A stretch of 64,000 nucleotides of DNA from Eledone cirrhosa (GCA_964016885.1 OZ024759.1:9362001-9426000), one strand, 5' to 3'. Shown: positions 1-11,777, counted from the first letter of the stretch. Made by a program: numbers and translations. The notes: a model not told the origin generated them from the sequence alone.

Positions 1-40
1 ATGTTTTGGATGCTAGTCCTTTATCAGAAATATATATATA

Positions 41-178
41 TAATTGTTTCTACTTTTGGCACAAGGCCAGCAATTACCCAGTGTATTACTGGTACTTTAT
101 TTTATCGACCTGGTAAGGATGAAAGGCAAAGTTAACCTCGGCGGGATTTGAACTCTGATCATAAAGGCAGGTAACTCT
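41..178 (-). mobile_element. tRNA-derived SINE family A, 5'-truncated
   Basis: Reverse complement of the SINE at 58267-58450: B box gagttcaaatccc, body gcctttcatccttac...gtcgataaaataaagtaccagt, tail agaaacaatta. Confidence 0.85.
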
Positions 179-199
179 TTGCTAAATATATATATATAT

Positions 200-728
200 A
201 TATAATATAAAATCAAAAGATGGTTAAAGGAGTTCCATGTATTTTATTATGCGCATTTCAAAAACAAACATCATCATGCAATAATATTTGTGTTTTCATC
301 AGATAAAACAGGAGAACATGATATGAAGGCTAAAAAACACTTGTGGATAGTGCAGTTTTAAATCAACATATGAAAAGTGGTTTTAGATTGATGTGTGATA
401 TTGGGAAAAAATATTTTATTTAGAGAGGGGGGGGGGTGGAAAGGATGAAAAAGGGAAGGAGATGAGAGGGAGAGATGGGTGATAGAGAGAAAGAGATAGT
501 TTTTATAACTGAGAGGAGATATATTGTTTTACATAGAGAGGTTGAAAACCGTTGGAAGATAATGTATAAATTAAAAATTAAAAATTAAAAATTAAAAATT
601 AAAAATTAAAAAAAATTTTGAAAATTAACGAAGGGAGGATATGTGCGAGGAAAAAATATTTTATTTAGGGATATTATCCGATATCTGCATTGCTTTATTG
701 TACTACAATAAAACTCACCTCCTACATT
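200..728. mobile_element. Penelope-like (PLE) derived element: hammerhead-bearing inverted arm plus 3' end, between (TA)n tracts
   Basis: Minus-strand hammerhead at 242-308; both termini (ttaaccatctttt and tcacctccta) recur in the mini copy at 54121-54183. Confidence 0.6.
242..308 (-). ncRNA. Type I hammerhead ribozyme motif
   Basis: Minus strand reads UUUUAU CUGAUGA [AAACACAAAUAUUAU..AUGAUGUUUGUUUUU] GAAA UGCGCA UA AUAAAA: 6-bp helix I, intact core, palindromic helix III loop. Confidence 0.85.
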
Positions 729-740
729 ATATATATATAT

Positions 741-925
741 AATTGTTTCTACTTTTGGCTCAAGGCCAGTAATTATCCCAGTGCATTACTGGTACTTTAT
801 TTTATCGACCCCATAAGGATGAAAGGCAAAGTTGACCTCGGCGGGATTTGAACTCAGAATGGCAAGGGCCGTAACTCAATGTGTCAAAGATGGCATCCGA
901 CCCTCTACCGATACTGCCAATCCAC
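741..925 (-). mobile_element. tRNA-derived SINE family A
   Basis: A box tggcagtatcgg, B box gagttcaaatccc and family body/tail on the minus strand. Confidence 0.9.
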
Positions 926-1141
926 ATATAATAAATACAATTTACATGTAACGATATCTATAGTGAATATGATTTATATATAAACACAATATATATTTAT
1001 ATAATAAATATGATCTGCAAATTAATAGAAATTAATCAGAGAAAAAAACCCTCGGAAAAATGGCTAAGACATACACACTACAAGAGGGAATGTTGAGGTA
1101 AGCCGAGACCTCAGGTGATAGGAGTTCACTGGATTACACAC

Positions 1142-1493
1142 TACAATAGGGTGTGTTGGTGTTTCCCTCTATATTTGAGGTAAGCTGAGGTACCCATGAC
1201 ATTACCACAGGTGATCGGGTGTTCCTCAAATATACATTACAATAGGGTGTGTTGGTGTTTCCCTCTATATTTGAGGTAAGCTGAGGTACCCATGACATTA
1301 CCACAGGTGATCGGGTGTTCCTCAAATATACATTACAATAGGGTGTGTTGGTGTTTCCCTCTATATTTGAGGTAAGCTGAGGTACCCATGACATTACCAC
1401 AGGTGATCGGGTGTTCCTCAAATATACATTACAATAGGGTGTGTTGGTGTTTCCCTCTATATTTGAGGTAAACCAAGACATAGCATTACCACA
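1142..1493. repeat. 96-bp tandem repeat, about 3.6 copies
   Basis: Unit starts at 1142, 1238, 1334, 1430; diverged related sequence near 1075-1140 and 1670-1755. Confidence 0.9.
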
Positions 1494-2015
1494 CGTGGTA
1501 GTGGGTCCCTCACCTTGCTCTTTCCCACCTTTTCTCTCATTTATAGTCCTTTCCTTTACTTTCCTACACAGCCAGATCTGTCCTTTTTTACCCTTTCCCC
1601 TTTTCATCATTTGTTTTTATCCTTTTTTTTTTATATTCTCATCATTGTATGACTTTAGTTCAATAAATACAAGATGATGTAGTGAATGTTGGTCTTTCTA
1701 TATTTGGGGTAAGCCAAGACAAGCCATTGCCAGAGGTGATAGCGAGGCTAAGGTGTTGTAACAGCTAAGAACTCTGGCACTAGTTTCTATTTGAGAGAAA
1801 CATAACAGACAGCTGCTCCTCTCCTCAATTATTGAACCCTGTCTTATATTGAAAGAAATCAATACTACCTGTAGTAATGGCAGTTGAAAACCAACAACAC
1901 AAGTAAATAATGATATGTTTATTGAAGTGATGCTGACTTGTTCTTGTTTCTGCTTTGGAGGCACAATGCCAGGTTCTGTTAAGTAGTATTTATATATAAC
2001 CATCATCTATATCAG

Positions 2016-2237
2016 TTAAAGGGTGGGACGGGTCCTATTCAGCACAGCATCTCTCCACTTGTCACAGTCCTTTGTCATCTCCTCTGTGAGCTTCAGCGAT
2101 CTGAGGTCTGCTCTCACCACCTCTGCCCATGTTTTTTGTGGTCTTCCTCTACCACATCTTCCTTCTACTGGGATTTCTTGGCACTTCTTTACCCAGAGAT
2201 CATCCTCCATACGCATCACATGTCCATACCATCTCAG
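2016..2237 (-). mobile_element. RTE LINE family 1, 3' fragment
   Basis: LRWYGHVMRMEDD..GRGRPQKTW matches 33494-34365. Confidence 0.9.
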
Positions 2238-2389
2238 CAATTACCCAGTGTATTACTGGTACTTTATTCTATCGACCCTGTAAGGATGAAAGGCAAAGTT
2301 AACCTCGGCGGGATTTGAACTCAGATTGGAAAGGGCCGTAACTCTATGCATCGAAGCATGGCGTCCGACCCTCTACTGATACTGCCAAA
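2237..2389 (-). mobile_element. SINE family A, 3'-truncated
   Basis: A/B boxes and family body on the minus strand. Confidence 0.85.
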
Positions 2390-2790
2390 TATCTATTAAA
2401 AATGTTAAAATAACATCTTATAATGGAAAAAATATATATATATATACACATATATAAATATACATGTACACACTTAAATATACATACATGTACACACACA
2501 TACATATATCCAATTATATTCTTACATAAGTATATAAAAGCATCAACCACATATACACACTCATACAAAAACACACATACATCCACACACACACCACACA
2601 CACACATATATAATTATGTATGTTATACATATATAGACATACACACACACACACATGGTTTAGATCAAACATTAATAATAATGTTCAATGCATTTGTAAA
2701 GAAAGATTCTAAGGAATAAGAAAGCTTTATATCGTTGAAAGGTTTTGGCTGCTTTTTCTAGCTATCAACATACCTTTCACATCATATATC

Positions 2791-2975
2791 TCATCATCAT
2801 CATCATTTTACATCCGCTTTTCCCTGCTTGCAAGGATTGGACGGGTCCTATTCAGCACAGCATCTCTCCACCTGTCACGGTCCTTCGTCATCTCCACCGT
2901 GAGCTTCAGCGATCTGAGGTCAGCTCTCACCACCTTCGCCCATGTTTTCCGTGGTCTTCCTCTACTACGTCTTCC
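2791..2975 (-). mobile_element. RTE LINE family 1, 3' end with (GAT)n tail
   Basis: Matches the reverse complement of about 34180-34365. Confidence 0.9.
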
Positions 2976-3085
2976 TATATATATTTATATATATATACAT
3001 ATATATATATATATACAATGGTATATATTGCCTCTCTGTTTTTGTTCCTGTCTAAGATTTAACTAATATATATATATACATGCAC

Positions 3086-3406
3086 ATAGTGATAGAGCAT
3101 TGGCCTTGCAATCGAAAGGTTGTGAGTTCAATTCTCAGACCGGGTGATGTGTTGTTTCCTTGAGCAAGACACTTTATTTCACATTGCTCCAATTTACTCA
3201 GCTGTAGAAATGAGATGATAGGGACTGGGGTCCCTATCATTCCACTGCAAAGTGGACGTGGAGGTGCCACGGCAAAAAAGCACCCAGCACTCACTGTAAA
3301 TGAGGTTGGTGTTAGGAAGGGCATCCAGCTGTAGAAATCAAGCCAGAATCAGTTCCTGTCCCACCCTTGCAAGCAGGGAAAAAGTGGACGTAAAATGAAA
3401 TGATGA
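3086..3406 (+). mobile_element. tRNA-derived SINE family B with RTE-type tail
   Basis: tRNA head (tagagcattggccttgcaatcgaaaggttgtgagttcaattctc), central ccttgagcaagacacttt, 3' end cccacccttgcaagcagggaaaa..ggacgtaaaatga shared with RTE family 1. Confidence 0.9.
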
Positions 3407-3421
3407 CATACACACACACAC

Positions 3422-3452
<31 letters not shown>

Positions 3453-3455
<3 letters not shown>

Positions 3456-3654
3456 CGAAGGAAATGTGGTAAGGAACCAGATGGACCATAACGCACCAAA
3501 GTACTCAATACTTAGGGTAGTAGAGTGGGTAATAGGAACGAGTAGGACCCCGACGGCTGAGCTCAAGCCGTTTCGACGGCTAATTCTGAACTAAATTTAG
3601 TCCAGAATTAGCTGTCGAAACAGCTTGAGCTCAGCCGTCGTGGTCCTACTCGTT

Positions 3655-3658
<4 letters not shown>
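3453..3658. mobile_element. Fold-back PLE-derived element family B in (TA)n
   Basis: About 65-bp inverted arms (3531-3594 / 3595-3658) carrying the hammerhead 3' half GAAAC GGCT tgagctc AGCC GTC; flanked by (TA)n; copies at 6818, 17175, 52650, 56272. Confidence 0.85.
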
Positions 3659-3688
<30 letters not shown>

Positions 3689-3692
<4 letters not shown>

Positions 3693-4500
3693 TACTTTGG
3701 GAGGGTCATGCTGCCAATAAAAATACATACACCTGTTGGTTTTCACTTCAATTTATTATAATAAATTTTTGGTCCAATAGCCGGATGGTTGTTAATATAT
3801 TGTCAAAGCTCTTTCGTCACATTCTATGACCTCCTCAGTAACTAGGTTTCTATTTTGTGTCTCTCCTTTGTTCTGTCCTACACCATTTTGTTTTTGTGTA
3901 TTGTGTGCTTAGTTCGTGCATGCATTACATCTGCGTGTATGTGTGTTTTTATTTATTTATCTATATGTTTATTTACTTGCATTTGTTAGTTGTTTGTTCT
4001 ATCTGTGTGTGTCTGATTAGTTTTGTTAGTTTGGTTTTTGTGTGTGTCTGTATGTCTTCATTTTGTCCTTAATTACTAGTTGTCATGTTGCTATTCCACT
4101 CATGTTTTCTGTTTAATTTTGGTTGGAGTTCGTTTATGTTTGTCGCTTCTGTGATTTCTCTGAGCATTGCATCTTTTCTGTGTGTGGATATAATTTTTAT
4201 TTCTATGTTCTCTAGTATACCCCAATGTTCCATCCTGGTGGAGTACTCATGGTTTTTCCCATCCTGGTGGAGTACTAATGGTTTTTCCAATCCTGGTGGA
4301 GTACTGATGAGTTTTTCCCATCCTGGAGTTCTTGCCAGTGTTCATTTATCCTTTCTCCTAGGCTACAGGCTGTCTCACCTATCTCCCTCAGTGCCAACCA
4401 ACTGGAAATTTATTATAATAAATTAAAGTGAAAACCAGGTGCATGTGTTTTTATTGGCAGCATGGCCCTCCCAAAGTATAACAATACCTGGTTCAACACA
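3689..4500 (-). mobile_element. Penelope-like retroelement remnant: GIY-YIG C-terminal part, 3' region with hammerhead, and inverted pLTR segment
   Basis: Minus strand translates IGETACSLGERINEH (about 4340-4385) and IKIISTH..MLREITEATNINELQPKLN; hammerhead motif at 3802-3843; 3689-3768 is inverted relative to 4406-4482. Confidence 0.85.
3802..3843 (-). ncRNA. Minimal type I hammerhead motif
   Basis: GUUA CUGAGGA G GUCAU AGA AUGUGAC GAAA GAGC UU UGAC; 4-bp helix I, downstream of the GIY-YIG remnant. Confidence 0.6.
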
Positions 4501-4564
4501 TGAAATATTGCAAAACAAATTCAAAAATTAAATATATAAATATATATATGTGTGTATATATATG

Positions 4565-4595
<31 letters not shown>

Positions 4596-4682
4596 GTATA
4601 TATTTATGTATGTATATATATATGTATGTATATATATATGTATGTATATATTTATGTATGTATATATATATGTATGTATATA

Positions 4683-4839
4683 TCATCATCATCATCATCG
4701 TTTAACGTCCATATTCCACGCTTGCATGGGTTTGGACGGGAGTTTTCCCACTTGAGGCAAGAGTGGTTGTCTTGCTCGTATAGGACTGTCTGGCGGGTTT
4801 TCTACGGCTGGATGCCCTTCCTAACACCAACCACATTTA
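4683..4839 (-). mobile_element. RTE family C 3' end (SINE-like 3' UTR) with (GAT)n tail
   Basis: Shares gttaggaagggcatccagc..tgcctcaagtggga..ccaaacccatgcaagcgtggaa..ggacgttaaacgatgat with 7270-7504, 46684-46897 and 53867-54082. Confidence 0.8.
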
Positions 4840-4949
4840 ATGTATGTATATATATATGTATGTAAATATATGTATATATGTATATATATATGTATATATA
4901 TAAGTATGTATGTATATATATATGTATGTATGTGTATATATATATGTAT

Positions 4950-5297
4950 TGAGGGCAGCCGACCGAACTAGAAACTGCTAAATGTGTGGCCGCTTCTTGT
5001 CTCTCTGCCTTTTCAGCCCCATGGGTTATATTCCTTTGTTAAATTTTGAATACCTGATGATGTCACCAGGTTTATACTAAACCCGGTCATTGAAATGTTC
5101 ATAGTATAATAAACCTTTAAGGAATTACACCAGTCCAGCCTCCCGTTATTTTATAATAATTAACTCCGTACTCGCACCACCAACAACACAAACGAAGACA
5201 TTGAGTTGCATTACGTCGAGTGCTCTCCCTAATATTACATCGAGGTTGACCATACGGAGTGACCAGTTCTATCCAGTGGTGAACCAACAAACATAAA
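4950..5297 (+). mobile_element. PLE-derived 3' fragment (family F) with hammerhead at 5050-5107
   Basis: AUAC CUGAUGA [UGUCACCAGGUUUAUACUAAACCCGGUCAUU] GAAA UGUUCA UA GUAU; diverged homolog at 29490-29760; ends in (TA)n. Confidence 0.75.
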
Positions 5298-5318
5298 TAT
5301 ATATATATATATATATAT

Positions 5319-6032
5319 AATGGAAAAATTTGAACAGGAACAAAACAGAGAGGCAGTACAACGAATGTTTATTAATTTCACGCTCTGGAGAGTGGGGTGT
5401 TGGTGGGGGACGACGTTTCGGGCATAAGCCCTTCCTCAGGTGAGAAGTGTGTGGGAACAGAGTTCAAAGGGTGTGTAGGGGAGTGGTGGAGAGACATATA
5501 GCGAAAGGAAACGGTGCGAATGAAAAAAATAAAAATAAAAATAAAGCATGATCAAAATACAAGGAATGAAATAAATTTAAATATAAAAGCATGATCAAAA
5601 TAAACTGAAATTAAAAGGGGGGTAAAACAGGTGGTGGAAGGGTGTGGGGTGTGTAGGGGTGGTGGAGTGGGGAGAGGGAGATGGGGTGTCCGAGCGGGGA
5701 GGGCTGAAGGTGGTGTGTGTGTGTGTGTGTGTGTGGGTGTACGTGTGTGTGTGTGTGTATGTGAAAGCAAGGGTTGGGGGAAGAACGGGGTTGCATGTTC
5801 AGGAAGAGGTGTGTGTGTGGGGGGGGTGTAGGTCGGAGTGTCTGTGCGTGTGTGGATAGAGGGGTGGGGGGGGAGAGGAATCAGGAGGCTGAGGGTGTAA
5901 ATATGTGGTGGAAAGCACGTGTGTGTGGGGTTTATATATATATATATCCCCCACCCCTCACTCTCAAGTGTGAAACTAAAAACCATATCATTTGTACTGC
6001 TTCTCTGTTTTTTGTTCTCTGTTCATTTATTG

Positions 6033-6036
<4 letters not shown>
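5319..6036. mobile_element. PLE-derived element with diverged inverted ends and a hammerhead core (minus strand, 5409-5439)
   Basis: Minus strand CUGAGGA AGGGC UUAU GCCC GAAA CGUCGUC, helix I not evident; 5330-5395 is a diverged inverted copy of 5955-6030. Confidence 0.55.
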
Positions 6037-6066
<30 letters not shown>

Positions 6067-6069
<3 letters not shown>

Positions 6070-6324
6070 AAAGAAAACGAAAAATCAGGGATGCATCTGG
6101 ACTTAGTTTATTTCGTGTTACAAATGTTTCGCCAGCATGTAGCTCGAGTCATGGTCCCTGTATGGATCTGGCTGATTCTTCATTTGTAACACGAAATAAA
6201 CTAAGTCCAGATGCATCACTGATTTTTCGTTTTCTTTATAATATCTACACTCTACTCTGATGAATATCGAGTGCTAATTTTGGCATACCGCCTATGGAAG
6301 CACCATAGCTACCACTAGACACAA
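6067..6324. mobile_element. Fold-back PLE-derived element in (TA)n
   Basis: 60-bp inverted arms 6067-6126 / 6181-6240; spacer is a hammerhead body on the minus strand (UGAAGA..GCCAG..CUGGC GAAA CAUUUG UA); unique tail contains tcgagtgct. Confidence 0.8.
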
Positions 6325-6337
6325 ATATATATATATA

Positions 6338-6690
6338 TCATCATCATCATCATCATCATCATTTCATTTTACGTCCGCTTTTTCCCTGCTTGCAAGGGTG
6401 GGACGGGAACTGATTCTGGCTTGATTTCTACAGCTGGATGCCCTTCCTAACACCAACCTCATTTACAGTGAGTGCTGGGTGCTTTTTTGCCGTGGCACCT
6501 ACACGACCCCTTTGCAGTGGAATGATAGGGACTGGGGTCCCTATCATCTCATTTCTACAGCTGAGTAAACTGGAGCAATGTGAAATAAAGTGTCTTGCTC
6601 AAGGAAACAACACATCACCCGGTCTGAGAATTGAACTCACAACCTTTCGATTGCAAGGCCAATGGTCTAACCACTAAGCCTTGTGCCTCC
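6338..6690 (-). mobile_element. SINE family B, full length
   Basis: Reverse complement of 3086-3406 with 5' end ggaggcacaaggcttagtgg and (GAT)n tail. Confidence 0.9.
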
Positions 6691-6817
6691 ATTTTCATTA
6701 AGATATATATATCTTAATGAAAATGACAAATGAAATTTAAAGTATAGAAGGTAATAATTAGATAATCATATAGTTGATATCTGAGTCATTCTAGTATATA
6801 TACATATATATATATAT

Positions 6818-7013
6818 AACGAAGGAAATGTGGTAAGGAACCAGGTGGACCATAACGCACCAAAGTACTCAATACTTAGGGTAGTAGAGTGGGTAATAGG
6901 AACGAGTAGGACCCCGACGGCTGAGCTCAAGCCGTTTCGATGGCTAATTCGACGGCTAATTCTGAATTAGCCGTCGAAACGGCTTGAGCTCAGCCGTCGG
7001 GGTCCTACTCATT

Positions 7014-7018
<5 letters not shown>
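6818..7018. mobile_element. Fold-back element family B in (TA)n
   Basis: Near-identical to 3453-3658 but with a different inversion centre containing a short duplication (cggctaattc). Confidence 0.85.
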
Positions 7019-7055
<37 letters not shown>

Positions 7056-7061
7056 TATATA

Positions 7062-7504
7062 AACCAAGACAATGTCACTGGACCGAGACCTTTGGCGGTA
7101 CTCAGTAATAGAGAAGACCCGCCTTGCCAGTAGGCATCTCTAACAAAATACACCACGTCCCACCACCACAACCCCCACCCCATCCACACCACCCCGTTCT
7201 ATGTAAAGTTATGTTGGTGCCGCGCCATCCAGGCCGAAACAAATGAGATCGTGTAGGTGTCACGACAAAAAAACACACAGTCCACGCTGTAATGTGGCCG
7301 TGTAGGCAACACGGTAAAAACCTCCCAGTCCCACACTGTAAATGTGGTTGGTGTTAGGAAGGGCATCCAGCTGTAGAAAACCTGCCAGATAGTCCTATGC
7401 GAGCAAGACAATCACTCTTGCCTCAAGTGGGACTACCCCCGTCCAAACCCATGCAAGCGTGGAACACGGACGTTAAACGTTGATGATGATGATGATGATG
7501 ATGA
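7062..7504 (+). mobile_element. RTE family C 3' end: ORF terminus plus long 3' UTR
   Basis: TMSLDRDLWRYSVIEKTRL-like ORF end at about 7068-7125, then the family C body and (GAT)n tail; same order on the minus strand at 30889-31355. Confidence 0.7.
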
Positions 7505-7994
7505 TATGTATGTTGGTGTAGGGAAGTGTGTGTGAGATTGTATGTATATATGTGTGTATGTGTATATGTATGTATGTCTGTATGTATATATATATATGTT
7601 GTATGTATGTTGGTGTAGGGAAGTGAGTGTGAGATTGTATGTATATATGTGTGTATATGTCTGTATGTATATATATATACATGTATGTATGTATGTGTAT
7701 ATATGTCTATATATATATATATATAATGTGTGTGTGTGTGTGAGTGTATGGGTGTTGTGGTGTGTGGTTGATTGTGTGTATATATATGTGTGTGTGTAAG
7801 AATACATGTGTGTTTGTATATGCATGTGTTTGTATATATTTAATGTGTGTGCTTGTGTGTATGTATGTGTGGATACATGTATGTGTGTGTATGAACATAT
7901 GTGCTTATATTATAGCATATGTTTATATGTATATAACAATAAAGTGAGATTTATATCATCATCATCTCCACATCTGGTTTAATATATATATATT

Positions 7995-8210
7995 TGAAAA
8001 TGTGAGAGTCCCAAATGCAAAAAATAACTGGAATATCTATCGATTGTTATAGATAATAGCTGAAAAATTTGAGTAAAATCCTCTTAGAGATGGAAAGATG
8101 TGACCAGAAGGGCTAAAGAGGAATCAAACCTCATATCTCTCAAATATTGCAGAAGTGTGTTACCGTTACACTAACGAGTGACTCACACATTTTCCCTGTT
8201 TATATTAGGA
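7995..8210 (-). mobile_element. Possible Helitron 5' end fragment
   Basis: Minus strand begins A|TCCTAATATAAACAGGGAAAATGTGTGAG, resembling Helitron 5' termini; no 3' end seen. Confidence 0.35.
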
Positions 8211-9452
8211 TGCCAAACTATACATTGTGAGGACTAGCTGGAATACACAGCTGTGTGTATACCGAGGTATATATATATATCCAAAACAGGAGGGGCACAC
8301 AGGACAAAGTCAACAAAACAAAAAACAGTCTCTTCTCATCAGTCAATCTCTGGAAATCGCTGTAGTTTCTGTGTCAAGGTTGATACTATTTGTTTCAGTG
8401 CATGTTGGAATGCAACAAAACGGGTAGACACAGAACTAGTTGTGTTTTTTTGAGGAATTACATACATAAAGACGCAATAAGACAGAAAAAATGCTACAAA
8501 AGGAAGAGGGAGAAACTGTGTGGTAGCTAAGCCAAAGATCGTTGATCGTAGTCGATTGTAGAAAGAGAGACATATGATATGGAGGCTTAAAAGATGGTAG
8601 GAAGTGGGCATAGAGGAAGACAGACTGCTGCGTAGTGTTTCATTGTTTATAGTTGAAAACCCATGTAAGACTTTCGAATATACACCCAAAACAGGAGGGG
8701 GTGGGAGAGCACAAGTTAAATGTGGATACAGCATGGGCCAATAGCTAAAATATTTGCTTTTAAGGCTTGTATCATTTGTGCCTTGTGTTTGAAACTATGT
8801 AGGCAGAAATTGTGTGGAAGCCTGTTGGACTATACCTGTAATTTAACGTTTCTGTGGAATGCTCAGCCGCTTACACGTTAATTTCAGAGTCAGACTGAAC
8901 ACTCACTATTCCATGTATGTATATACACACCCACACACACACACACACACACACACAACCTCCATCAACCATTGCTTCTCACCACCATCTCTCTCTCACC
9001 AACCCTAACCACCTCAACAATCTCACCCAGCACCCTCACTTCACCACATAAACGGCGCAATGTCTCTGATCCCCCCCCACACACACACACACAACTCCCC
9101 ACCACCATCTCTCTCTCTCCACCCTTCCATCTCTCTCTCTCTCTCCACCCCTCCATTATAATCCTCCCCCTCATCTATCACACATACCCAAACATTCCTT
9201 CTAACAACATCACCAGTCAAAATCAACTAAAATTGACCACCATAAATGAATGGGAATCGTTATATACAGTTTCAAAGCCCTAAGAGGTTCATTGTGTTAT
9301 TACCCCAACAGAAGTCCAACGAGCTTTTGATTCCAGAGTCTGTTCAGATCAATACATATCGAACCTTGAGCTGATCAATAGCGAAATGAGCATCACGCCT
9401 CAATAAACGTAATGACGACATAACAAATTGTCCGTTTATTACTATTATGTAC

Positions 9453-10012
9453 CTAGGTGACCAGTATCTAGAATAAGGACGGGTTGGAAGAAGTTTAGGG
9501 AGCTGCTTCCTTTGTTGACAAAGAAGGGTTTCTCCCTGCGTACGAAAGGACGGTTATATGATGCCTGTGTGAGATATGCGATGGTGCATGGTAGTGAGAC
9601 ATGGGCAGCAACTGCAGAGGATATGCGATGGCTGGAGAGAAATGAGGCAAGCATGCTCCGTTGGATGTGCAATGTCAATGTGCGTGAACGACAAGCATGG
9701 ACGAGTTGAGAAAGAAACTGGGTATAAGAGGGATAAGTTGAGGTGTGCAGGAGAGCAGGCTGAGATGGTATGGACATGTGATGTGCATGGAGGATGACCG
9801 ATGGGTGAAGAAGTGCCAAGAAATGCCAGTAGAAGGTAGACGTGGTAGAGGTAGACCACGAAAAACATGAGCGGAGGTGGTGAGAACAGACCTCAGAAAC
9901 TCACGGAGGACATGACGAAGGACCGTGACAAGTGGAGAGATGCTGTGCTGAATCGGACCCATCCCACCCTTGCAAGCAGGGAAAAGCAGATGTAAAATAA
10001 TGATGATGATGT
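9453..10012 (+). mobile_element. RTE LINE family 1, 3' fragment, decayed
   Basis: RIRTGWKKFRELLPLLTKKGFSLRTKGRLYDACVR..; ends in the family tail. Confidence 0.9.
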
Positions 10013-10560
10013 AGTTGGATATATATATATATATCCAACTTATGCCAGCAGGGAAAATGGACGTTAAATGATGATGAAAATGATTGTATATATATATATT
10101 CACATGCACACAAATATTGTGTGCATGTGAATATATATGCATGTGTGAGTATACACACACACATGCATATATATATATATATACATACATACACATATAC
10201 ACAGACAAACACACAGACACACATATATATGTATACATACACATATATATACACACAGACATATATATACACACAGACACATATATATACATACATAAAC
10301 ACACAGACACATCTATATATGTATACATATATACACAGACACATCTATATATGTATACATATATACACAGACATATATATATATATATACATATATACAC
10401 AGACATATATGTATACATATATACACAGACATATATATATGTATACATATATACACATACATGTATATAAATCAGCTTAATGTGTTTGTAATCTTATTTG
10501 TGTCAAGGTTTCCTGTTGTCCTCAGTTTCCTATAAACAATATAACAATTGGACAAATATA

Positions 10561-11090
<530 letters not shown>

Positions 11091-11103
11091 AAATATAACT
11101 CCT

Positions 11104-11245
11104 AGTGGTTAGAGCATTGGGCTTGCAATCGAAAGGTTGTGAGTTCAATTCTCAGACCGGGTGATGTGTTGTTTCCTTGAGCAAGACACTTTATTTCACA
11201 TTGTTCCAGTTTACTCAGCTGTAGAAATGAGATGATAGGGACTCC
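11104..11245 (+). mobile_element. SINE family B, 5' part
   Basis: tRNA head and central ccttgagcaagacacttt domain. Confidence 0.85.
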
Positions 11246-11249
11246 AGTT

Positions 11250-11777
11250 TCATGGAGTGTTATGCACATAAAAAAATTCAACTTTTTGATCCCCTAGGGC
11301 CTGCATTAGGTGAAAAACTGCGTTATTTTAGCTTTTTAGGGGTTTTTTGAGGCTTTACGTCAGACCAATTTCCTTGAAATTCTAACTGTATTAGTCAGTC
11401 TCTTCTTCATACCGTGAGCAGAGAAAATCCAACTTTTTTATGGCCTGGGGCCCGCATTAGGTGAAAAACTTCATTTTTTCAGCTTTTTGGGGCTTTTTTG
11501 AGGCGTTACGTCTAGCCGATTTTCCCGGTATTTCAAGGCATATTATGCACATAAAAAAAAATTCATTTTCTTGATCCCCTAGGGCCCGCATTAGGTGAAA
11601 ACCTGCATTTTTCCTGCTTCATCAAGGAAAATCTTAAAGATTATCCAGCCATCAGAGTATTCGGTTTATTTTCATTACATATTATCCAGGCATGCAGTTT
11701 TTCCACGATTAGGCCTGTTGTTGGCAGCCCGCGATTCAAAATACCTTATCCCATGCAACGCCGGGTACCACTGCTAG
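11250..11777 (+). mobile_element. Non-autonomous Helitron, 3' part
   Basis: Ends with hairpin cccatgcaacgccggg then ctgCTAG|T at 11774-11778; internal imperfect repeats; same terminus inverted at 24422. Confidence 0.75.

Noticed and set aside
1142-1493. CRISPR-like array (also considered for 46290-46462 and 60701-64000)
   Set aside because: No unique spacers, no cas genes, eukaryotic context
3086-3140. tRNA genes in SINE heads
   Set aside because: No complete cloverleaf; they continue into SINE bodies found in multiple copies
6257-6263. Isolated CTGATGA (also 30108-30114 on + and about 8336-8342 on -)
   Set aside because: No properly placed GAAA with flanking helices; not counted as hammerheads
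9220-9420. Possible coding exon in unique-looking sequence
   Set aside because: Short frames with stops, no recognisable motif or clear splice pair
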